Below are positions 53,501 through 64,000 of a DNA stretch of 64,000 nt, piece by piece (positions within the stretch are counted from its first letter, which is position 1; every line of letters begins with the position of its first letter). The DNA lies in NCBI GenBank assembly GCA_051294375.1, contig CM119264.1:8067051-8131050 (forward strand). The letters run 5' to 3'. Below the pieces are notes generated by a model, which saw nothing but the letters and a program-made list of their open reading frames with translations, ran no database searches and was not told the origin of the DNA. Position numbers and translations under genes: made by a program. This DNA comes from Paraspadella gotoi. Its lineage: Eukaryota > Animalia > Chaetognatha.

Positions 53501-54188
53501 CCTGCCAACGTTAAAAAAGTCGTACTCGAATACCTTTACAGTTGAGATAATCTTGGCAACCATAAATTTGTGATACAGTTGTGATAATCTTGGCAACTCT
53601 AAATTTTTAAGGCCTGCGTGAAAGTGTGCAAATTTGTCAAGGCGCAAGTGGAAACAATTCGTCAATCCCTCGACGGCAAAAACGTGGATGCGGTGCTGAC
53701 AGAATTCGGCACTCGCTTCCATCGCGTCGTCTTTGAGCATCTTCAACAGTTCCAGTACAACTCGACGGGTAGGAAATTTTGCACAGGGAAAAATAAAATT
53801 TTATCTTGGACTTTTTACTAAGCTACGACTCAATTTTCTACCCGTTCGCGTTTTTTTCCAGGTGGCATGCTTGCAATCTGCGACGTGCGCGAATATCGAG
53901 AATGCGTGAAAGAGTTTGATTCTCCTTTGGTTCTCTCCCTCTTCGACACATTGCACGCCCTCACTAACCTCCTAGTCGTTGTGCCAGACAACCTCAAGCA
54001 GGTACGATTCACTAACGTAAATATTTTTGTCACCTTTAGATTTTCTGTCAATCTTATTTTATGTCGATCGTTTCGGTTAGGTTTGCCACGGGGAACACCT
54101 GGCCGGACTAGATCGTCAAATTCTTCATTCCTTTGTTCAACTCAGAGCCGATTTTAGGACTTCGAAATTAAGTTTACAGTTAAAATAA
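50595..54188 (+). CDS. EXOC5: Exocyst complex component 5 (Sec10)
   Basis: ELEQNPFDADEFVERLAWRT, FQDLDEKINYVATKVVHLGEQLEGVNIPRSRAVEAQ, IIQKLHMIAQELP, ETFLSQEVAINLLQE, EQKKTDFKP, SLDGKNV...EFGTRFHR, GGMLAICDV, LHALTNLLVVVPDNLKQV, FVQLRADF. Confidence 0.95.
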
Positions 54189-54466
54189 CGTTCTATTACG
54201 TTCTACATAGTGCCAACCTATTTTAATTTATTTATATCAAATTTTAGTACAGAATAAAAAATATTCATTACCTTGTCAATGATCACGATTAATTCATTTT
54301 TTAACCCATGTGTATTGTAGTTTTTTTTTATATTTATAATCGCTTTTTAAAATTTTACCAATCCTTTCTAATTATTATGCAGTTTCTAATGAAATTATCG
54401 AATTATAAATAATCGACTATTAAATGTGTAGTGATTAGAAAAGCGCCGATATGACTCTACTCTGAG

Positions 54467-57400
54467 ATGTCGTCGGCGAACGGTAGAGGGTCCGGGCCCA
54501 ACAGGGATTCTCCCGGGTCCTCGTCGCGTCAGCCTTCCGGCGCGAAACCTAAGTCCGGCAGCAACAACAGTAGTAACAACAATAACAGTACTAGCCAGGG
54601 CGGAGCCAACAGAACAACCGGTTCACGAGGCCGTAACCTTATCTCTTCGTCCTCGATTGCACCGGGCGACTCCGCCCGTACTGCGCCTGCGCAGTCCTTC
54701 AATTCCCGCGGCGACAGGGCGGACGGTGACGCCGATTCGACGGGAAAGACCTTACAGCAACGCCATCTCGTTTTTCCGGCCTTGTCCTCGATCCAGCCCC
54801 CCGCCATGGCCGCTTTCAACTTTAACCAATCTAGTCATCATCATCATTCGCATCACCAGTTCCCTCTCGTGGTTTCTTCAACCTCGAGCGGCTCGCCAAC
54901 AACATCTACTTCTGATACTATTGCCGCCGTTGAGGATGGTTTTCGGTTTTTGGAGCCCGCCCATTCGCGTAATCTTTTGGCAGGGCTCAATTCGATGCGT
55001 CTCAACCGAATGTTTTGCGACGTGGTGCTCTGCGTTGATGGGAAAGAATTCCCCGCTCACCGAATCGTTCTCTCCGCTTTTTCGGCATATTTTCGGGCCA
55101 TGTTCGGATCGGAGATGGCTGAAAAGTCTCAGGTGTAATTGATGATGGAGCTTGATGTTTGATTTCTAATTTATCTCTCATTTTTGAAAGGTTAGCTTTT
55201 TGTTGCCCTTTGATTCATTTATTTTAACGGTTATGACATCCGAGATGTCGCAATAAGAAAAAAAATGAAAATTTTAACTATGTAATTGCTTTTAAAAGAA
55301 TACTTCTTCGAATGTCTTTACACAAACTTAACATTTATACCTGCTCCTCATTCATTTCACCAGGACAACGTGTCCCTCAACGGATTGGAGCCCTGCATGG
55401 TGGATCTCATCCTTCAATATGCCTATACTTCTGAGATTCTGGTCACCAAGTCAAACGTCCAGTCGCTCCTTTCGGCTTCCAACCTGCTGCAGGTGATCCC
55501 GGTCCGCGACGCCTGCTGTGACTTCATGCTGCGCCACATGGATGAAGCCAATGTGCTCGGGGTTCACTGCTTCGCCGAGACTCACGCTTGCGGAGATTTA
55601 GCGTGCCTTTCCAAGGACTTTATCTTGGAATCCTTCGTCGACATCGTCGCAGGCGAAGAGTTCCTCGAACTCGGAGAAGCCAAGCTCGTCGAGATCCTGG
55701 ATGATGATAATCTCAAAGTATGTTTTTATCAATTCCTCGGGGTCATATGTCCCTGCTTTATCTCTTCCCACTTTCATTTTCATTTTGTTTTTAAGGTGGA
55801 CAACGAGGAGACGGTTTTTGCCGCAGCCATTCGTTGGCTCGAGCATGACCGCGCTGCCCGCTCCGCTAACTTCGACCGCGTTCTTTCGCACGTGCGCCTT
55901 CCGCTCGTCAGTCCTTATTTTCTGCACGACTGCGTAGAAAAGCGCGCGATTGTGAGCGAGAACGCAGCGTGCCGGCTCCTCCTCGATGAAGCCGTTCGGT
56001 TTCATCTGCTCCCCGACAGGCGTCATGAGATGCGAGGACCTCGGACGCGGCCGCGGAAAGCCTGGGGTCTCGTCGAGGTATGCCGTCTTGGCTTCCTATC
56101 TTTTTATCTTTTGTTTATTTAATATTTGTTGCTATTTTAAGATGCTGTTGCTATTTATCGAATTGTCTTGGGCGTTTTATGAATTCACTATTAAATGTTT
56201 TCCAAAGGTGATCGTACTGGTGGGCGGGGAGGATGACAAGGTGGTGCTACGGTCGGTAGAGAGTTTCGATCCGGCAACCCATGCGTGGAAGACCCTCCTC
56301 TGCCTTCCCTTCGCAGTTTCTAAGCATGGTCTTGTCGCCTCTGGTAAGCATCTTATTATTGTTTTTGTAGAATTGGTCTTTTCATTTGGGAATGTGCGTT
56401 TAAAATTATTATTTTCTTTGCAATGTTATACGGTATTGATCATATTTAAAACTTTTACTGTACATATTTAACTTGTACAATGGTGGGGGACAAGATTTAA
56501 ATTTTTTCACCCAGTAATTCGGTCGCGGCTCTTCCCTTCAGGCACCAACAGCATGTTCCTTGCTGGGGGAGAATTTCCCGATGGCGCCGCTTCTCGCAGT
56601 CTCTGGAAATTTGACCCTAGTCTCAACGCTTGGCAAGAGTTGGCGCAGATGAACGTCCCGCGGTCGGAGCTGGGGCTTGCGCTGCTCGATGGAAGCATTT
56701 ACGCCGTCGGAGGATGGGAAGGCAGTCAGCGACTCGATTCCGTCGAGAGGTTTAATCAAGTAAATAGTAAATACATGGAGTAATTATATGAGGGAGAAGT
56801 GGCAAATTGTTGACACACTCCGGACCAAAACCACACACAATGCATGGCAAAATATGACGATGCACCACTGTTAGCGGGCAAACATTATGGACCCCGTCGT
56901 TGGGCGGCAGTAGATCAAAGGGGCAGCTTAAAATGTCTCGGCGATGCTCGTATGCAGCAGGACGCGGTCAGCAGTGTTTCAACAGTTTCACTAGCCCAGA
57001 GTCACTACTCTGTAATAATATATTAAGAGAGAAACAACCATATATCAGTAGCCACTGCTTAACAAGCACTAAGGAATCACGCGAAGTGGTACCCAACACC
57101 TCTGCTATAAAATATGATCATGATAGCTGAAGGGTAATGAATCAATTAAATAATTATCAATGACGATAGCCATAGCCGATGAAATTTAAATGCTAATGTA
57201 TACAGCGTTAAAATAATCTATCATGACCATAGATTATGGTATTAAAATTTTTTTTGTCAAAAATGCTTTCTTCTGAGGGTACTCGCCTAATTAAAAATAT
57301 TATATTACTATAAAAATATTTTTTTTAAAATTCTAAAATTTTTTGATGGATTCTGATAGAGCATAAAAAGTTAAACAAGAAATATAATTACAGCTTTTAA

Positions 57401-59039
57401 AAATTCTTACGTTTTCTATGTGAAAATATAAAAAAACTGATAAAATCATCAAAAGATGACGATGATGATGATTTTTTACAGTTTTTCTTATTTTTGACAC
57501 ACTTATCGTAAAAATATTTAAAAAAGAATCATACTTTGTGTAGACAACTTTTTATGAGCTATCTGAATCTGGTCTTAAAATTTAAAAATTCAAAAAAAAA
57601 TTTTGGCCTTTCCTATCTATAAATAAATATTAAAAAATTAATTACTAGGGTATAGAGCCATATTATAAATTTTTTGTCCATTGAAAGTATTCTTAAAAAT
57701 GTCTAAATATTCGTTTGAGCATGTACTCACTCTAAATTTTTGACTCACCCCATTTAGTGCGGCTACCCCTAATGACGAATGATTGAATAATAAATCTTTT
57801 ATCAATGAATTAAAGCCACAAATGTTTTTACGCAATTCCACAAAAGTTTAATCGAGATTCTACAAGTTTGTCCCTGACACATTATGGCAACGAGGAGACA
57901 TGTGTGATGCCCAGGGTGCTAGGCATCTTCCGACAGCTGGCGCTCGGGGCTTTGAACTTGCAGTGACCACCCCATGTCACTGGCGTGTATATGGCGACAC
58001 CATCACACTTTACAAGCGTGACCGTGAGGGGATTGAACCCGGAACTCATGGTCGGTGAACGTGTACTTAGCCAATGGGAGGAGCTGAGTTTCACCAAGCA
58101 ATACGGGAGGCGAATTTAGGATTCGCCACAACATCTCAATTTCCCTCGAGAATATTTCCTCTCAAGAAGTTGCTTTTAATTTACTAATTTTGTTTTGTCT
58201 TTTCCACCATCCTTTATTCCTCCCTCTCTCTTACTAGTCAACGAACACTTGGTCCTTCACCGCCGGACTCAAGATGGCCATCACTTCGCCGGCCGTCGTC
58301 GCTCTAGACGGCTTCCTTTATGTTACTGGCGGCGCTGTGCTGGAGGACGGAGACGGAATAGATCTTGTGCAGCGCTACGATCCGCGAACTAACGAATGGA
58401 AGGAGTTGCGCCCGATGCTCATCCCGAGATCAGGGTCCGCGGCCTGCGCTCTTGATGGCCAACTCTACGTCATCGGCGGCTGGCACGCCTCTACTGAAAA
58501 TACGGACAAAGTGCGCAGTAATGGATTAGTGGGTTTTAAAGTTGTAAATCTCGCAGTTTATGAGTAGAAGCAAACGAGCCGTAGCAAAGTGCTGAATAAT
58601 ACTATGTAGATTGTATATTGTTTAATGTTTATACTTGGTTGTCATATTTTATGCTTTGCTTTGTAACACTTCATTCCTTCCCCCCCAGGTGGAACGGTAC
58701 GACCCCAATAAAGACCAATGGACTGCTGTTGCCGGCATGAATGAGAGGCGATATCGACCGGGGGTGGCCGTCGTTGATGGCCGCATCTACGTCTGCGGGG
58801 GAGAGGAAGGATGGGACCGCTATCACGACACTATCGAACGCTTTGACCCCAAGACCGACGCCTGGGAGGTGGTCAGCGAAATGCCGACGAGCCGATCTTG
58901 GCTAAGCTGCGTCGCCCTCCAGATCAAGAAGGACCATTCGGCTGTTTGCGGTGAAGTGGTCAAGGAACGCCACCAACTCGGTCTCGGGGACAGGGTTTCC
59001 AATGTTGGCGGATTGCTGCTCGGGCCTCCGCCGATTTGA
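54467..59039 (+). CDS. BTB-BACK-Kelch (kelch-like) protein with a low-complexity N-terminus; subfamily not assigned
   Basis: BTB FCDVVLCVDGKEFPAHRIVLSAFSAYFRAMF, BACK domain (NVLGVHCFAETHAC; NEETVFAAAIRW; VRLPL; PRTRPR), and six Kelch repeats with GG motifs. Confidence 0.92.
57310..57605. mobile_element. Foldback/MITE-like imperfect palindrome in a Kelch-gene intron
   Basis: The left arm GATTCTGATAGAGCATAAAAAGTT...AAAAAACTGATAAAATCATC pairs with the right arm GATGATTTTTTACAGTTTTT...AACTTTTTATGAGCTATCTGAATC. The centre is ~57455. Confidence 0.6.
57882..58116 (-). mobile_element. tRNA-derived SINE-like family B, copy 2
   Basis: Its reverse complement aligns with 44691-44959 (AATTCGCCTCCCGTAT..., GGGTTCAATCCCCTCACGGT, GTGTGATGGTGTC, GAGCGCCAGCTGTCGG, GGGCATCACACATGTC). 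Confidence 0.78.
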
Positions 59040-59514
59040 CCCCAAGGGTGGGGAAGTCAATGCGTTAATTAAATAAAATATGTGCTTAGGCGATGCTGTG
59101 ATTTAAGTTTTGCCCTCATACTTTTTTGCATAAATACCTGTTTGTATAATTTTTGAAGTAGTAAAGTTATATTTTGAAAGTTTTTTCATAGAGGCCAGTT
59201 TTGACCCGAATATGATTCAATACTTTAAGACAGTTAGTTTATCCCAAAGCAAAATGACCTTGAAAACCTCACTCATGTGAAGATGATCTGCAAGAATGCT
59301 TTTTTTTTTCGCCAAAATTTTGGATTTTTTATCAATGGAAACGAGCTCTCACCTAATTTTTTTTAGGATCTTGTAAACGAGAAACATGATATAGTAGACT
59401 GATAGTGAAGACAAACATTCGAAAAAGAAAAAAATGACAAATTGCCAATTGCTCTATTTTGTTTGATGAACTAAATTGTATTTTGTGACCGTACGTCAGC
59501 GAATCCGATTTGAA

Positions 59515-62500
59515 ATGAAGCGGTCCGGCGAATCCGCTGCGCCTTCATTGGTGCTCTCCTCCAAGCGCCGGAAACGCTTCAACGCCGACTCAGACGATGA
59601 CGACGACCCCTACGTCGACGTAGTCCCTCCGTTGAGGTCATCTTCGAACCTCTGGGCTGGTGCCGTCGTCGGCCCCGACGATTCCCGTCCCTCTGATCGA
59701 CTCAAGGTTTTCGCGGACGTTTTATTTTGGATCAAGGTTAGGAATTGGTCGGTAGACGTTTGGAGTTAGGTTTTTTCTTCTATACGGCACTTAATGCACA
59801 ATTGTACACATAGATAAACCCGATGGAGGAGAACTTTAAGGAGGTGGCGTTGTCGGCACTAAATAGTGAGAACCTCTCATGGAGGATGGACATGAATTTA
59901 AAATCTAGCGGCAAGTTTGTCTTCGATCTTTTCGTCGACGACGACGTTCTGGTTTCTCGAGGAGAGGTGAGATCGGATGATGACCATGTTGAGCACTACT
60001 ATTTTATATAACTTAATTGCGCCTTTCGTTGACCCGTAACAGCTAATTTCGATTCTGAATAAATTCTAAAAATTCCAAAGGGCTTCTCATCAGAAGATGC
60101 CGAAACAGAGGCCTTCGAAGATTTTTGCGAACGCGCCTTGACCTCTGATTTCATCGCTCTTGAAACCCGATTTGGCGCGAAATCAGCGAAGCTTAAGCTC
60201 TTTGAGGATGACAACGAGGTGTGAAGTTGTCTCGACAATCTTCATCGTTTTTTTAAATTTGGAAGCGTTATCACTGACCCATTTAAAGTTGTACATTTTT
60301 AGGTGAGGGAGAACCCGGCGACCACCGCCTTCCGCTACGACATCCTTTGTAAAGATCACCGACTCAGGAGCAGTCATCTGCCCACTTGCGCCCTTTGCCG
60401 CAACCAAGGCCACAACAAATATTTTTGTCGGAGCCTAATTCCTCCCGCAAATGAAACATCGAGCTCTTTGGGCTACGTCGTCGAACCTGTGCCTGCTTCG
60501 CGGTGCGGCGTCAATTCGCCCTCTACTTCCGGAGTCTCTTCGGTCTCGGAAACACCGAACCGGAAGGAAGCCTCTCATTCTGCTATAGCCTCCTGCCTTG
60601 ATGCTTGGGATTCCTCGATCTCGAAGAGAGAAGCCTGCGTTTCTCCTGCGCAACCTTTCGGTTCCGCTCAATACCACTCTTGTAGTCAAATGAAAATTGA
60701 AGTGGATACAGTTCATAGGTGAGGCAATTTAGCTGGCAACAACATTATATCCCGCTTTTTTATTTTTTTTTTTTGACATGCTCGTTAATTCGTTGACTTT
60801 TGAGGCTCTGAAACCCACGTCTTTAGTGTAATTATGACTCGTTCTCTCGTTGATTTCTCTCCAGTAAAATCAAATCAGATCCAGAATTGGATCTCGACGA
60901 TTCGCTGGTTGCCTTTATTCCTGGAAACTATGCCACTTTTCCACCCGATATTCCCACCACCGCCCTCGAATTCTTCCGTCCCCCATCGGCGTTGGAGCAA
61001 GATGAAGTTCGAGCTGTCTTCCAGGCGGTGGCCTCTTTGCTTTTTGAAGGCCATGTTGATACTAGCGACGCCTTGGCAATGTTGGAAGAGTTTCTTTGGA
61101 TATCACGCGCCACTCCCGCCGATCTCATATCCTTCTTTCAAACGCGCAATTTTGAAGTGGCCCGAGTGTTTTCATATCGCTACGGACTCCCCATTTTGGG
61201 CTTTTTACGTTCTGATACCGACCCGCCGGAGTTGGACCGCCCTTGTGCGCCCGACGAGCTTCATCGCCTAATCTCTTTAAGGTGATTTAAGGGTTGGGAT
61301 AAGTGTCATCTGCAGTTTAACCGTAGCAATAAGTAAGCCCGTATTCTCTTTATACGAATTTGGTTATTAATTATTAGCCTTATCATTTAGAGACACAGTG
61401 TTTTTGAAAGACGACGCTACATTAGAAATCCTGTGGTCTGCACTGGAGTCGGCCAATAAAATGGGAGTACCTGTTGCCGTCGACTTTCACATTTCTCACC
61501 TTCATGCTAAACCCGGTGAAAACAAAAATAAGGTTTCGAAACGTTTTGACACTCTTAACTTAATTTTCTTGAGTTTAATTCTACCTTTTTTGAGGCCTTA
61601 TTTTTTCCACTCTTCAGTCATTGACCTCCTCACCATCGCGACTGGTACGACTTTCTTCCATCTCCTGTGCTTTGCGAGTTTTTCTAATGTCAACTACGAC
61701 GCAATCGAGATGATCAAGAGGCTTGTCTACAAACCCTTGGTTTCCGTAAACCCTTCCATTCTGCAGCGATATCTCTTTAATCAGTTCTCCTGTGAGACCC
61801 AATTCTTCGATCTGGGCCGCTTTATCGAAAACCAGGCGTTCGCCGTCGACCCAAACGACCCTTATTCGGTCTACGACGCAATGACGAGTTTTCTCTGCTC
61901 CTCCTCGCGAACTTTCTGTCGCCGCGCCAAAAGTTTTTCGGCCAGCGTCATGCCCTCTTGGCGCTCCGTGCGCCACTGGGAGTTGCGCATCGCTTTGGCG
62001 TTGAAGTACACCGAATTTGTAGGCGAAGCAGCATTGGCGCCCTACCGCTCCTGTCCAAGGCTGGAAGAGACAACGACGGTATGGGTTCCTACTCCAGGAG
62101 CTGCTGTCCCTAGTTCTGTGCCTTCGAAAATACCTCCAACAGACACCATCAAGTTGCCCAAATCTCCAGAAAAAACTCGTCGCTTCTTCGCTAAGAAACT
62201 TCGACTCCGCCTGGAAAAGAGCCCAGAACTTCTTGACGACGAGGATGCCTTCAAGATTTTCCTTGCCGAGTCGGGACCGTCGTGGTTGAAGTGGGATGGG
62301 AAGGACGTTAAATCTACTGCCAAAATCATCGCCTTGCAACCACCGGCCATTAAAGTTCAAAATCGAATTATGACGTTCCTAGAGTCTATTCCCATATTTC
62401 ATCGTTTTCGCGTCATTTGCCGCTTCTTGGTACATATCGACGAAGTCTTCAAACGCAACTTACTCCGGCGCATTTTAGAGACCAAGATGATCGTTCCATC

Positions 62501-64000
62501 TTTTCTCCAGCTCTTTTCCATTTTTCAAGTCTTTGACTTTGACGGACGGTTTCTTTTCGAGTTGGTCATCAGCAAGTGGGACCAAAAAAAAGAGAAGTGG
62601 CGGAACGAGTTCGTGGAGAAACTTGAAATGAAGACTGTTGAAACGGCTGTGAAGACTCTTCTAGACTTTGTCACCAACTTTGATTCACTTATCAATAACT
62701 TTGCGAAGCTCGACTGCTTTCCCTTCGGGTTTTTGTATAGCTTATGTTGTAGCAATAAGGTAACAATAATACTTATCAACTTTTTTTCGCAGTGGAAGTA
62801 CATTTATATTTAAAAAATATTGTTTTTCTTAGGATTCGACACTCATAGATTTGAGTCCCACAGTTATGACGAGACTTTGCGATTTCCCCGAGGAATCCAA
62901 CTCACATCTCCCTTTCAAGAATAAGGCAATTCCCATTGTCATCGGTTCCGGCGATGAAAGCTATTTCCAGAGCCTTGGGAAAAAATCTAAGAAAGCCAAC
63001 TTTTACCATGAAACGTGGCGGCAGGAGGCCACGTCTCGCGGCTGGACGAATTACGAGTTCTCTCTCTTTTTAAAAAAATACCTTGGTGTAGATTATGAAA
63101 GCAAAGAAAAAGAACTAAATCGCTTCCTTCAAATCCTGGTGAGCATGGTATTTAGTATTCACTCTCTTACAAAAATTTAACAAAACAAAATAAACAGTGA
63201 TGATTAACCGTGTAAGCGTCGCAATGGATTTTCAAGAATAGGAAGTGGGCGATAATGAAAATACTAATTTAATTCAGTTGGCTACGACTGTGCAGCACAG
63301 GGCCATTAAAATCCTTCACCTCATTCACCTTATCAAAAAGGTTCCAGTTCCGACCAACATTTCAGAGCTGGAAGAAAATATTTTCTTTAGGTAAACTTAA
63401 AGGAATAACTTTAATTTTGAAATAAAATGACTGATAATTCGTAAAGACATAAATTATAACTATCTAGAGTAATTTGACCTTATTTACATTTTTAAAACAT
63501 TGACTTCTTCCTTGAAAAATACAATTTTATTGCCCAAAAAACCCAGCAGTTTAACTTTAACGGTATACGTACTTATAGGTATTGCGACGCTGCCTTATTC
63601 GGTGGATTCGCAGACCCGGACGATCTATTCGCCATTGTAGAAGAGGGGCGCCGTCGCTTGAATCGTTCACCACGTTTTGCTGTTGAATTTTTTAAGGACA
63701 AAAACGTTTTCCTGACTAATCTCCTTTGCGAAACTCACAGTATTACGCCACCAGAGATGGCGACGAGGACGCCCCTTCACAGCGGCCATTGTGACTCCCT
63801 CAACGGCTCGATCCAGTCTGTAATCGATAATCTCATTCGCGTGGTCGTTATTACTGGCCATCCAGACTGCCTGGTGACGATGACCAAGAGCTTGAGGTCA
63901 GCTACTCGTATAGCGATCGTCCACGTTCCCGCGTTATCCATCATGCCCAGCTCCGACCTTCCCTTCTTTGGTCCCGATCCCGAGACGCAAATGTACAGTC
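59515..64000 (+). CDS. Large uncharacterised protein: NLS, CCHC zinc knuckle, degenerate DEDDy 3'-5' exonuclease-like region; continues past the window end
   Basis: ATG at 59515 with KRRKR. Successive GT-AG exons lead to an open last exon at ~63579-64000. CALCRNQGHNKYFC is a C-x2-C-x4-H-x4-C knuckle (60387-60428). The segment VPVAVDFH...IDLLTIAT...FFDL...WELR...LKY is exonuclease-like. Confidence 0.7.

Overview
Compact, intron-rich animal (invertebrate) nuclear DNA. It is probably spiralian/lophotrochozoan, inferred from a buccalin-type neuropeptide precursor and a true creatine kinase. Most introns are about 50-300 bp. The left ~29 kb is mostly minus strand: ODAD4/TTC25 with a long acidic tail, a divergent low-complexity orphan, a poorly resolved minus-strand orphan, a buccalin/allatostatin-A precursor, a two-domain creatine kinase and WDR43. 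After a strand switch at ~29.0-30.4 kb come 11 consecutive plus-strand genes with short spacers: FAAH2-like amidase, AidB/ACDH-11-like acyl-CoA dehydrogenase, GTF2H4, SIRT5, UQCR10, a small membrane protein, DPF/d4, MYND-less DEAF1, EXOC5, a BTB-BACK-Kelch gene, and a large orphan with a CCHC knuckle and degenerate 3'-5' exonuclease-like motifs that runs off the window end. Repeats include two Helentron/HINE-like families (one copy carries an 18-bp satellite), two tRNA-SINE-like families sharing a 3' tail, a foldback element and GA microsatellites confined to the left part. There are two 10-N gaps and several probable indel errors. The best candidates for new biology are the operon-like gene block, the pseudo-exonuclease/zinc-knuckle orphan, the two-domain CK with a Cys-rich N-terminus, and AKAP-like helices in the ODAD4 tail. 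All gene models were built by eye, and family assignments come from remembered motifs, not database searches.
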